In this document: positions 46,720 to 58,864 of the stretch, in pieces
How positions within the stretch are numbered: the first letter of the stretch is position 1
Layout: the number at the start of each line of letters is the position of its first letter
NCBI GenBank assembly: GCA_037447605.1
Contig: CM074822.1
Span: 1,635,492-1,699,491 of the forward strand
Direction of reading: 5' to 3'
Origin: Zygnema circumcarinatum SAG 698-1b
Lineage: Eukaryota; Plantae; Zygnematophyceae
Length of the DNA stretch: 64,000 bases
The notes under the pieces: generated by a model
Seen by the model: only the letters and a program-made list of their open reading frames with translations
The model's database searches: none
What the model was told of the DNA's origin: nothing
Position numbers and translations under genes: made by a program

Positions 46720-49700
46720 ATTGGTATCAGAGCCCACGGTGAAGAGGACTCTTCCTCTGTCAAGTTCAGCATTCCAGCATTTGATGGTACTGACTATAAG
46801 GGGTGGAAGTGGCGTATGACTTACTTGCTCCAAGGGAAAGGTCTGTTCGGCCACGTGACTGGCAGCATAAAGATGCCGAATGCGCAGACAAACCCGGAGG
46901 ACCACGCCCGGTGGTTGGTGAAGGACAACAAAGCACTCACGCAGATAGCTATGAGTGTGAAGGGGAGTCCGACCAGCATGCTCTACGACTTGACCAGCTC
47001 TCATGAGGTTTGGAAGTGTCTAGAGGAGATGTATGACACTAGGGACAGTGTCACCATCGTTCATTTGTACACAGAGTTAGGAAAAATGAAGATGTCCTCT
47101 GATGAGAAGCTGGTAGATTACATGACCAGGTTTGACAGTCTGATTTGTCTCAGTATTCGTAGCCTTCCGGGGAAAGGCTTAGAGTCGATCATAAGGTCAC
47201 CCAATTCTGGGCCCGGCCCAAGATTTCGGCGGCCAATGACTATCGCACTTAGGACCGTATTGTGGCGATGACGTTTGAGCAGGTCAAGAAGAGGATTCGT
47301 GAAGAAGACTCTTTGCAGGATGAGTCAAGTGGCAGCGAGAGCGTCTTGGCTATGCGAGCTAAGACCGGACCAAAAGGCAAGGAGAAGAACCCCCGTGGAG
47401 GAGATCGCCCTCCACCAACGTGTTACAACTGTGGCAAGATCGGCCATTACTCCCCCGACTGTCGAAGCAAGGCCCCTCAAGACAGAGGAGGCGATTCGAA
47501 GAACAAGAAGCTCGACAAGTCGAAGAAGGAGAAGAAGGAGTTCTCTAGAACCTGCTACAAATGCAAGAAGAAGGGCCACAAGAGTGTGGACTGCAAGGAG
47601 GAGGCTGTTGAAACAAGTCTGATGTTTGCTGACCGTAAGCATGCAGAGTTTGTGGGCCAGATGCAAGCAGGAGAGCTCGTGAGGCCGTGGCTGATCGACT
47701 CCGGAGCTTCAGCACACATGTGTGCGAATGAGTCGATGTTTCAGAAGCTGACGACCCTCCAGTCCACTCGCTTGATTCAGTCAGCGACAGGGGACGGCAT
47801 TGTCGTGACCCAAGGAGGAGAAGTCAGAATCTGCATAGGGGACAGTCAAGGTGCAGCACCTACCACCATTGGTAATGTGCTTCACACCCCTGGGCTCCAG
47901 ACAAACTTCGTGTTTGTGAGTCAAGTGTGCAAGAAGGGCTATAAAGTCGTTTTCCTTGAAAAGGCGTGTGCAGCTACGCACATTCAGACAGGAAAGACTC
48001 TCTTCGAGGGGTACGAAAGAGATGGTCTTTATTTTCTGAATTGGAAGCCTGAAGGGAGGGTGTGCAAACTGTCCCCGTTGGAGTTGGACCGGTGGCACAG
48101 AAGACTTGGACACTTGGGGTTTCGCAGCCTGAAGGACCTTGCTAAGGGGATGGTTAGAGGACTTACCCTTGATTCAGAGAAGGTGGATGCACAGCATGTG
48201 TGTGATGCATGCATGGCAGGGAAAATTCATAGGCAGCCATTCGTGAGGAGTGGAGCTGTCGTGGAGCACGCCAAGGAGCTGCTGGCCTTGGTGCACACCG
48301 ACTTGTGTGGCCCTGTGACTCCGACCAGCATAGGTGGGGGACAATACTTCATTACCTTCCTTGATGATTGCTCAAGAAAGATCTGGGTGAAGTTTCTCAA
48401 GCAGAAGTCAGAGGCTTTCGAAGCCTTCAGAGAATGGCAGCTGCAAGTTGAGAGAGAGACCGGCAAGAAGCTGAAGGCCCTCCGTTCGGACAACGGAGGT
48501 GAGTTCAAGTCGACAAAATTCAGTGAGTACCTGAAGTCTCTTGGCGTTAAACACGAATTCTCTGCTCCGTACTCTCCTCAGAGCAATGGCGCTGCTGAGA
48601 GAGTCAATAGGACCTTAGGAGAGATGGCTCGGTCCATGCTAAGTGACTCTCCATTTCCTACCACCTTTTGGGCAGAGGCTGTGAACACAGCCGCTTACAT
48701 CAAGAATAGATGTCCATCTAGAGCCTTGAAGGATAGAGTTCCTGAAGAGGTTTGGAGTGGGAAGAAGCCAACCGTGGAGCACTTGCGAGCTTTTGGCTCA
48801 CGGTGTTGGATGGCTGTTCCTAAGCAGAAGCAGAAGGGGAAGTTCGACTCCCGCTCCGAAGATGGTTTCTTACTTGGCTACAACTCTGATAGTCACACTT
48901 ACCGGGTTTGAAACCCCGTAATGATGAAGATTCAGAGCAGCCGGGACCTGGAGGTTGACGAACTGACAAGGTGGGAGTTCGGCAAGCTTCCCGACGTCCC
49001 GGAGTTCCCTTCGGATGGGAACATGGTTGAGTTCATTTGGGAGGATGCAGGTGTTGGAGGGATTCCTCAGCCAGAGGGGGCAGATGGCTCCCCTAGTCAT
49101 TCTTTTGCAGGAGATGCGCCCGATGAGCCCGAGGAGTCGGAAGGCTCGACTCAGAATGGGGGAGGACCTGCCGACGTGCAGGAGGAGCCAGAGGATTGGC
49201 TCGAGACCAGCGAGTCACCTCAGCCGATGTCGTCGGCATCAACTGTGCCTGTGGGATTTGACCCATATGCAGATGTGACCAAGGGTGTACCGCACCTCAC
49301 CTAAGCCTCTACCCCAGCCGACAACGAGGAGTGGACGTCCCGTGAAGGCACCTACTCGTTATGAGCCCGATGCAGTTTTTGGTAGACCTGCGCGCAGCTT
49401 GGCGCAGCGGAAGCATGCCCAGGATCGTGTACCCTTGGACTCTGCGGACCTTGCCGGCATTGCCTACTGCTACATGGCACGTGTGTCTGAACCTCAGTCC
49501 TATCCAGAAGCGCTAGAAGGGGCGGATTCAGACCTTTGGAAGGCGGCCATAGATAGTGAGTGGAATAGTCTTCTTGAGAACCGCACTTGGCGGTTGGAGG
49601 AGCTGCCCAAGGGGAGGAAGGCGATAGGATGTAAGTGGATCTTCAAGATCAAGAGGAAGTCCGATGGGAGCGTGGACCGTTACAAAGCACGGCTGGTAGC

Positions 49701-51057
49701 AAAGGGCTACAGTCAAAAGGAGGGCATTGACTACTCTGAAACTTTCGCCCCTGTTGTGAAATTTAATTCTTTGAGAGCACTAATATCAATTGCTGCTTCA
49801 GAAGAGATGATGGTCCATCAGCTGGACATCAAAACGGCGTTCTTGTATGGAGACCTTGCAGAGGAAATCTACATGGAGCAAAAATGAGGGAAGGTGAAGC
49901 CGGAAAGGAGTGAGTTCGTTTGCAAACCGCGGAAGAGTTTGTATGGCCTCAAGGTGCACCACGGTTTGGTACGCAGAAGGTCGGCGACTTGTTAAGGCTT
50001 AATGGCTTCAAAAAGGTTCAAAACCGGACATTCAGCTTTTATAAAGAAAGGGGAAGGGAAGGAGCTAGTCTATGTGGGGATATATGTAGATGATCTCATC
50101 ATAGTCAGTTCCTCGGCTCACAGCATTCAGAGCTTGAAAGATTTGATGCAGAGGAACTTCCAGATGACGGACCTTGGAGAGGCCGAGTACCTTCTTGGGA
50201 TTCAGCTCAAAAAGGCAAGAGATGGCAGTCTTTTCCTCTCCCAGAGGAAATATGCCACGGATGTTTTGGACAGGTTTGGGATGTTCAATTGCCGGCCCAT
50301 TTCTAGCCCGATGGAGGCTGGAGTACACCTTTCGAAGGATATGGAGCCGCAGTCAGAGGAGGAGGAGAGAGCCATGAAGGACGTACCTTACAGGTCAGCC
50401 ATCGGTAGCTTAATGTACCTAATGGTGGGTACAAGGCCGACACGCGGCGGGGCCGTGAGTTGGCTGGGGTCAGCTCATGCAGAATCCCCGACCTCAAAGA
50501 TCGGGAGGCAAAGTGGAAGGCCGGATCTTCCGCGGCGGTCAACCCTTCACTCACGGCATCTCAGCTTGAGAGGGGAGTAGTAGCTGCCTGTTGGCTAATG
50601 GGATTCCGGATTGGGTGGTGATGTTGACACACGAGATCGACATCCCATATGTGGCTCTGAATGCTGGAGGAGCTTGGCTGCATGGAGCTCCAAGCTGCAG
50701 GACTCAGTGGCGCTTTCAAGCACGGAGGCTGAGTACATGGCGACATGCCATGCTGCGAAGGAAGCGGTGTGGCTTCAAAACTTTTTCGAAGAGTGTGAGC
50801 GCCCCTGTGATCCCTTGCCACTGTTAACTGACAACAAATCGTCCATTGCTCTCATACAGAATCCTGTCTTTCATAAAAGGACAAAACACATTAGGATTCA
50901 ATTCCATTTTGTGAGAGAGCTAGTTGAGGAGGGGCGAATAGTTGTGGAGTTTGTAGGCACCTCAGAGCAAGCTGCTGACATGTTGACAAAGGCAGTCAGT
51001 GGTTGGACTACATGGGATAACAGTTGTCTCATTGGGCTTGGACCCTTTAGGAACTAA
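46633..51057 (+). pseudogene. Copia gag-pol, copy 2 (complete domain set, disrupted)
   Basis: Gag (FDGTDYKGWKWRM), CCHC x2, PR, IN (LRSDNGGEF, NGAAERVNRTL), RT (YKARLVAKGY, QLDIKTAFLYG, YVDDL) and RNase H (STEAEY, DNKSSI, KHIRIQFHFVRE); TGA at 48909-48911 and several frameshifts. Confidence 0.92.
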
Positions 51058-51074
51058 AGCACTAAGAGGGGGAT

Positions 51075-52004
51075 TGTTGGTGTAACATAGTTAGCATGTT
51101 CCACGTTCGTGTTAGCGCTAGAGTTCCTAAGGGCTGGCCTAGTTTAGTTTAGTAGAAGGGGGCTGTTTGTCGGTCGGCGTACGAATCAGGCGCGCGGAGC
51201 GGCGCGGTGTACGGACAGGAACAGAGTGATACGTCTCCAAAATCAGGACCGTACGGACAATAAGGACCGGATAGGTGCGATGGCGCGCCAAGGCCGGCGG
51301 TCTTGCATCCCACGAGGTTTTCGGGCTGTGCATTACGCTGCGCTCTCAGGACGTATACATCGGATCTAGCTTTTGTATAACCGCCGCGATAAAATGGGAC
51401 CACAAGTAGTGACCACAAGTAGACTACTCTAAAGCTTAGGGATCACAAAATAAGGGAGGTGGAGTAGTGTCACTGTGACTCATGATTTGTGAGTGCTTGT
51501 TGCAAGGCCCCGCGAGTGCGGCCGTGACGTGACGTTGTCCCGGCACATACTGGATTATATAGTGTGGTGGATAGAATGATATGAGAACCCTTTTACTTCC
51601 CGCAAGTGCAATCGGCCGGTGTTACCGAAAGGATCAGTCGAGGGAGCCGCCTGAACTTCTTCATGCGTTGAAGAGGCTGCCTTGAAGAAGGAGGCAAGGT
51701 AGTGTGGGAAGGAAAATGAGAGTGAGCTTGGTAGAGGGAATAGGAGGAGGTGGGCAAATAGCTTATGGGAGCCCCGAAGTTGTAATCTTCTCTGCTTATA
51801 TTAAGGAGTTTTAGGCCTTGAGCTTTCTCCCTACCTTTCTCTTGTTCCGCATTCTCGCTTTGCTTTAAGGATTTGTCAGTTGTATTATCTTGGCAAAGAG
51901 AGTCGAGAGGAAATGTCTCATGACCATTGAGGATGAGGGAGACAGCTCGTGAAAGAAAGAGTGTGAGGAGTTCCAGTGGAGGAAACACCTCTCGGCATCT
52001 AACA
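51075..52004 (+). repeat. Copia LTR 3 (shared internal LTR, indel-rich)
   Basis: Preceded by the PPT, starts TGTTGGTGTAAC and ends ~TAACA before a degraded PBS. Confidence 0.88.
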
Positions 52005-52009
52005 ATTGG

Positions 52010-55000
52010 TAATGCCCACTGAAGAGGACTCTTCCTCTGTCAAGTTCAGCATTCCAGCATTTGATGGTACTGACTATAAGGGGTGGAAGTGGCGTATGAC
52101 TTACTTGCTCCAAGGGAAAGGTCTGTTCGGCCACGTGACTGGCAGCATAAAGATGCCGAATGCGCAGACAAACCCGGAGGACCACGCCCGGTGGTTGGTG
52201 AAGGACAACAAAGCACTCACGCAGATAGCTATGAGTGTGAAGGGGAGTCCGACCAGCATGCTCTACGACTTGACCAGCTCTCATGAGGTTTGGAAGTGTC
52301 TAGAGGAGATGTATGACACTAGGAGCTTGTCACCATCGCTCATTTGTACACGAGTTAGGAAAAATGAAGTCCTCCTCGATGAGAAGTCGTAGATTGGCAT
52401 GACCAGGTTTGATACCGATGACCGATTCGTGAGTCATCATGGGGAAAAAGGCTTAGAGTCGATCATAAGGTCACCCAATTCTGGGCCCGGCCCAAGATTT
52501 CGGCGGCCAATGACTATCGCACTTAGGACCGTATTGTGGCGATGACGTTTGAGCAAAAGTCAAGAAGAGGATCTCGTGAAGAAGACTCTTTGCAGGATGA
52601 GTCGAGCGGCAGCGAGAGCGTCTTGGCTATGCGAGCTAAGACCAAACTGAAAGGCAAGGAGAAGAACCCCCGTGGAGGAGATCGCCCTCCGCCAACGTGT
52701 TACAACTGTGGCAAGATCGGCCATTACTCCCCCGACTGCCGGAGCAAGGCCCCTCAAGACAGAGGAGGCGATTCGAAGAACAAGAAGCTCGACAAGTCGA
52801 AGAAGGAGAAGAAGGAGTTTTCTGGAACCTGCTACAAATGCAAGAAGAAGGGCCACAAGAGTGTGGACTGCAAGGAGGAGGCTGTTGAAACAAGTCTGAT
52901 GTTTGCTGAACGTAAGCATGCAGAGTTTGTGGGCCAGATGCAAGCAGGAGAGCTCGTGAGGCTGTGGCTGATCGACTCCGGAGCTTCAGCACACATGTGT
53001 GCGAATGAGTCAATGTTTCAGGAGCTGACGACCCTCCAGTCCACTCGCTCGATTCAGTCGGCGACAGGGGACGGCATTGTCGTGACCCAAGGAGGAGAAG
53101 TCAGAATCTGCATAGGGGACAGCAAGGTGCAGCACCTACCACCATTGGTAATGTGCTTCACACCCCTGGGCTCCAGACAAACTTCGTGTTTGTGAGTCAA
53201 GTGTGCAAGAAGGGCTATAAAGTCGTTTTCCTTGAAAAGGCGTGTGCAGCTACGCACATTCAGACAGGAAAGACTCTCTTCGAGGGGTACGAAAGAGATG
53301 GTCTTTATTTTCTGAATTGGAAGCCTGAAGGGAGGGTGTGCAAACTGTCCCCGTTGGAGTTGGACCGGTGGCACAGAAGACTTGGACACTTGGGGTTTCG
53401 CAGCCTGAAGGACCTTGCTAAGGGGATGGTTAGAGGACTTACCCTTGATTCAGAGAAGGTGGATGCACAGCATGTGTGTGATGCGTGCATGGTAGGGAAG
53501 ATTCATAGGCAGCCATTCGTGAGGAGTGGAGCTGTCGTGGAGCACGCCAAGGAGCTGCTGGCCTTGGTGCACACCGACTTGTGTGGCCCTGTGACTCCGA
53601 CCAGCATAGGTGGGGGACAATACTTCATTACCTTCCTTGATGATTGCTCAAGGAAGATCTGGGTGAAGTTTCTCAAGCGGAAGTCAGAGGCTTTCGAAGC
53701 CTTCAGAGAATGGCAGCTGCAAGTTGAGAGAGAGACCGGCAAGAAGCTGAAGGCCCTCCGTTCAGACAACGGAGGTGAGTTCAAGTCGACAAAATTCAGT
53801 GAGTACCTGAAGTCTCTTGGCGTTAAACACGAATTCTCTGCTCCGTACTCTCCTCAGAGCAATGGCGCTGCTGAGAGAGTCAATAGGACCTTAGGAGAGA
53901 TGGCTCGGTCCATGCTAAGTGACTCTCCATTTCCTACCACCTTTTGGGCAGAGGCTGTGAACACAGCCGCTTACATCAAGAATAGATGTCCATCTAGAGC
54001 CTTGAAGGATAGAGTTCCTGAAGAGGTTTGGAGTGGGAAGAAGCCAACCGTGGAGCACTTGCGAGCTTTTGGCTCACGGGTGGTGTTGGATGGCTCCTAA
54101 GCGTATAAGGGAAGTTCACTCTGCCCAAGATGGTTTATCGCTGGCAACTCTATACACACTTACCGGTTTGAAACCCCAATGATGAAGATCTCGAGTAGCC
54201 GGACCCGAGGTTGACGATCCCGGACAAGGTGGGAGCGCCCGCAAGCTCTCGGACGCCCCGGAGTTCCTTCGGATGGGGAACATGGTTGGAGTTCATTTGG
54301 GAGGATGCGTGTTGAGGGATTCCTACCAGAGGGGGCAGCATGGCTCCCCTAGTCATTCTTTTGCAGGAGATGCGCCCGATGAGCCCGAGGAGTCGGAAGG
54401 CTCGACTCAGAATGGGGGAGGACCTGCCGACGTGCAGGAGGAGCCAGAGGATTGGCTCGAGACCAGCGAGTCACCTCAGCCGATGTCGTCGGCATCAACT
54501 GTGCCTGTGGGATTTGACCCATATGCAGATGTGACCAAGGGTGTACCGCACCTCACCTAAGCCTCTACCCCAGCCGACAACGAGGAGTGGACGTCCCGTG
54601 AAGGCACCTACTGCTATGAGCCCCATGCGCTTTTTGGTAGACTCACATAGCCTTGGCTAGGAAGCATGCCCAGATCTGTACCCTTGACTCTCATGGGATC
54701 TTTGCCAAGACAGCCCATCATATGGCACGCACCCAACTCCCCACCCCATCCAAGCAAGGTTTAGAAGGGGCGTGATTCGCACCTTTGGAAGCGGCCATAG
54801 ATAGCAGGAGTGGAATAGTGTCTTTCTTGAGAACCGTGACTTGGCGTTGGAGGAGCCAAGGAGGAAGGCGATAGGGATGTAAGTGGATCTTCAAGATCAA
54901 GAGGAAGTCCGATGGGAGCGTGGACCGTTACAAAGCACGGCTGGTAGCAAAGGGCTACAGTCAAAAGGAGGGCATTGACTACTCTGAAACTTTCGCCCCT

Positions 55001-56299
55001 GTTGTGAAATTTAATTCTTTGAGAGCACTAATATCAATTGCTGCTTCAGAAGAGATGATGGTCCATCAGCTGGACATCAAAACGGCGTTCTTGTATGGAG
55101 ACCTTGCAGAGGAAATCTACATGGAGCAGCCAGAGGGGAAGGTGGAAGCCGGAAAGGAGGAGTTCGTTTGCAAACTCGTGAAGAGCTTGTATGGCCTGAA
55201 GCAGGCACCACGTGTTTGGTACGAGAAGGTCGATGACTTGTTAAGGGCGAATGGCTTCAAAAGGTTCGAAACCGATCATTCAGTTTATAGCAAAGGGGAA
55301 GGGAAGGAGCTAGTCTATGTGGGGATATATGTAGATGATCTCATCATAGTCAGTTCCTCGGCTCACAGCATTCAGAGCTTGAAAGATTTGATGCAGAGGA
55401 ACTTCCAGATGACGGACCTTGGAGAGGCCGAGTACCTTCTTGGGATTCAGCTCAAAAAGGCAAGAGATGGCAGTCTTTTCCTCTCCCAGAGGAAATATGC
55501 CACGGATGTTTTGGACAGGTTTGGGATGTTCAATTGCCGGCCCATTTCTAGCCCGATGGAGGCTGGAGTACACCTTTCGAAGGATATGGAGCCGCAGTCA
55601 GAGGAGGAGGAGAGAGCCATGAAGGACGTACCTTACAGGTCAGCCATCGGTAGCTTAATGTACCTAATGGTGGGTACAAGGCCGGACATTGCGAAGGCCG
55701 TGAGCTTGGCTAGTCGCTTCATGCAGAATCCTGGACCTCAGCATTGGGAGGCAGTGAAGCGGATCTTCCGCTTTGTGAAGTCAACCCTTCACTACGGTCT
55801 TCAGTTTGAGAGGGGGAGTAGTAGCGGCCTTGTTGGCTACACGGATTCCGATTGGGGTGGTGATGTTGACACATCGAGATCGACATCCGGTTATGTGTTC
55901 TCGAACAGTGGAGGAGCTATTGCATGGAGCTCCAAATTGCAGGACTCAGTGGCGCTTTCAAGCACAGAGGCTGAGTACATGGCGACATGCCATGCTGCGA
56001 AGGAAGCGGTGTGGCTTCAAAACTTTTTTGAAGAGTGTGAGCGCCCCTGTGATCCCTTGCCACTGTTAACTGATAACAAATCGTCCATTGCTCTCATACA
56101 GAATCCTGTCTTTCATAAAAGGACAAAACACATTAGGATTCAATTCCATTTTGTGAGAGAGCTAGTTGAAGAGGGGCGAATAGTTGTGGAGTTTGTAGGC
56201 ACCTCAGAGCAAGCTGCTGACATGTTGACAAAGGCAGTCAGTGGTTGGACCACATGGGATAACAGTTGTCTCATTGGGCTTGGACCCTTTAGGAACTAA
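52010..56299 (+). pseudogene. Copia gag-pol, copy 3 (disrupted; RT-RNase H ORF intact at 54920-56299)
   Basis: Same domains as copy 2, with ORFs 52536-53195, 53153-54100 and 54920-56299. Confidence 0.92.
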
Positions 56300-56316
56300 A
56301 GCACTAAGAGGGGGAT

Positions 56317-57237
56317 TGTTGGTGTAACATAGTTAGCATGTTCCACGCTCGTGTTAGCGCTAGAGTTCCTAGGGGATGGCCTTTGTGTCGTTTAGTAGGA
56401 GGGGGCTGTTTGTCGGTCGGCGTACGACTCAGGCGCGCGGAGCGGCGCGGTGTACGGACAGGACCACAGTGGTCCGGCTCCGAAATCAGGATCGTACGGA
56501 CGATAAGGACCGGATAGGTGTGACGGCGCGCGGCGTCGAAGGGACCCATCCCACGTAGGTTTTCGGGGCTAGGCATTACGGCTGCGCCTCTGAGGACGCG
56601 ACATCGGATCTAGCTTTTGTATAACTGGCTGCATAAAATGGGACCACAAGTAGGACCACAAGTAGGACCACTTCTAAGTTAGGATCACAAAATAAGGGAG
56701 GTGGAGTAGTGTCACTGTGACTCATGATTTGTGAGTGCTTGTTGCAAGGTCCCGCGAGTGCGGCCGTGACGTGACGTTGTCACGTCACGTCTTGTATTAT
56801 ATAGTGTGTAGGATAGAATGATATGAGAACCCTTCTCTTTGGACGGCAAGGCACTGCTGGTGTTACTGAGTGACTGTCGAGGAGGGAGCTGCTTCCGAAC
56901 TCTTCATGCGTTGAAGAGGCTGCCTTGAAGAAGGAGGTAGTGTGGGAAGTAGCAGCCGAGAGTGAGCTTGGTAGAGGGAATAGAGGAAGTGGGCAGTCAG
57001 GCTTATGGGAGCCTGAGTTGTAATCTTCTCTGTTTATATTAAGGAGTTTTAGGGCCTTGAGCTTTCTCCTTACCTTTTCTCTTGTTCCGCATTCTGTTTT
57101 GCTTTAAGGATTTGTTGTTGTATTATCTTGGCAAAGAGAGTTGAGAGGAAATGTCTGCGACCATTGAGGATGAGGGAGACAGTTCAGGTGAAAGAAAGAG
57201 TGTAGAGGAGTCTGTGAGGAACACCTCTGCACCAACA
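56317..57237 (+). repeat. Copia LTR 4 (921 bp, cleanest copy)
   Basis: TG...CA ends with the PPT before and the TSD after; internal 12-bp GGACCACAAGTA repeats, a palindrome at 56765-56789 and a TATA-like TATTATATAG. Confidence 0.95.
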
Positions 57238-57749
57238 TTACGGACGTTGCGCTGATGTGTGAGAAGGAGAAAACAAGGGGGGAAAGTCCAAAGTAGGGGG
57301 CGGGATATCCCAAAATGGGAGGGGCGGAATAGCCAAAATGGGAGAGTGGGATTTCAAAAGAATAGGGGCGGGATAACCCAAAGAGGGGGGCGGTATATAG
57401 CTCTCCTTGTTTAATTGTGTTTCGGTCCTTTGCGACCAGTCCCTCGTGGTTCCACATTTTGCTTTTGTCCATGTACATTTGATGGCCTCGCCATCGCGAG
57501 TTCAATGAAAGTTCCCCCGACAGTTGAAGTTATGTTAGATCAATGGTGATTGACCCGTTGGATTGATGACGTGATAATATGAAACCAGTTGCATGGATGG
57601 CGTCACGTAAGGAAACCAGTTGACAAGGATGACGTCACACATTTGGATAATCGTCGAAACAAAATTTGCAATTTGCATTTTAAATTTATGTACTGTGATT
57701 GGTGGAGGAGATTTTTCGTATCTATAGACCGACCGATGATTGGCCACTG

Positions 57750-58450
57750 ATAGCCACGTGGCATATGACGGCCAATAATTGAGAACCACGTCAGCCATGG
57801 CGCCACGTTTTAATGGATAGACGCCACGTGGTAGCGATCCACGTGGCGGCATTTCGCACACTTTCATAGATTCCACCAGACTTTGGAACTGCATACTGGC
57901 ATATTCGAAATGATGACGTGGCAGATCCTTATTGGAGGACACGATTGAGGGTGGTCCGCGTGGTAGTGGCAACGATCCGAGGATTCATTGCACCTGGTCT
58001 GAATCTCGCCCTCCGTGGTCCAATGAACCTGCGGCTGCTTCACACGTGCGAATTATTCCGTACGCCTTTTGACCCTGAACCCTTTCGGGGTTTTCTGTTT
58101 GCCAACATCCAATCAAGGATTGCCACGTACGTAAAACCTGCCACGTGTCGAATTTTGACTGGCTATTGTAACCCCTTGGCTCAAAACCCTAAAATGTACG
58201 GAATCAAACAGACAGCCCTGACTTCAATTGTCATTTTGGACCGAAAAAATCTTCGAGGTTTTAGGTTACAGAGAGGCACTCTGACTACGTCTGACCAATA
58301 GCAGCATGACACGTAACAAAATCTGTAGACGTGGTAACCCACCATTGGCTGCATCATTCACAAGCTGATCTTAATAGGAGCACATTGTTTATGTTAAAAA
58401 CACCACCTTTTATACGAAGACCAATCAGAGCTTGCCACGTACGTATATTG
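57750..58450 (+). promoter_or_regulatory. G-box/ACGT cluster upstream of SQD2
   Basis: More than 10 CCACGT/GACGTGG motifs, including GCCACGTGGC (~57754) and GCCACGTGTC (~58140). Confidence 0.45.
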
Positions 58451-58864
58451 CCATATTTTCTGGCACGCCATTGGTCAGAGTGCTGGAACTGCGACCGTTG
58501 GGAAGGCTCGCCCTGCAACGCTCCAGGAAGCACAGAGAGGGAGGGAGAGGGAAAGAGAGGGAGAGGGAGAGGGAGCAGAGGGAGACAGGGAGGGAGGGAG
58601 GGAGAGGGAGAAGAGGGAGAAGAGGGAGAGGGAGAGGGAGTGGGAGCAGAGGGAAAGGAGGGAGGCGGAGAGGGAGGGAGTGGGGCAAGGAGGGGTAGAG
58701 GGAGAGGGAGAGGGAGAGGGAGAGTGCGAGGGAGTGGGAGAGGGAGGCGGAGAGGGAGCGGGAGAAGTAGCTGTAGAAGAAAGCGAGAAGTGGAATGCAA
58801 TAATTTTCCGTTTGCACCGCCCGTCATAGTCGCCAGCTGTCGTTGCAGCGCCAGCCCAGCAGCC

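Larger units (their letters stand above)
42657..57237 (+). mobile_element. Ty1/Copia LTR retrotransposon tandem array (LTR-int-LTR-int-LTR-int-LTR)
   Basis: TGTTGG...CCAACA ends, 5-bp TSD TTACG (42652-42656, 57238-57242), tRNA-iMet PBS TGGTATCAGAGC (46722-46733), PPT AAGAGGGGGAT (56306-56316), and gag-PR-IN-RT-RH domain order. Confidence 0.96.
42222..57406. mobile_element. Non-autonomous long-TIR (MULE/foldback-like) element interrupted by the Copia array
   Basis: GGAGAACTATATACCGCCCC...GAAATCCCAGTCTCCCATTTTGGCTATT (42222-~42345) is an imperfect reverse complement of ~57285-57406. The flanks TTCGTTTTA and TTGTTTAAT resemble an eroded 8-9-bp TSD. Confidence 0.6.

Noticed and set aside
46722-46733. 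tRNA-Met gene
   Set aside because: Only the 12-nt primer-binding complement is present; there is no cloverleaf.
56299-56317. env-like or extra ORF after pol (Sirevirus type)
   Set aside because: The pol stop is followed directly by the PPT and LTR, leaving no room.
57918-58864. N-terminal extension or upstream ORFs of SQD2
   Set aside because: These are purine-rich UTR and promoter sequence; the ATG at 58865 has a good context (GCCATGG) and starts a transit-like peptide.
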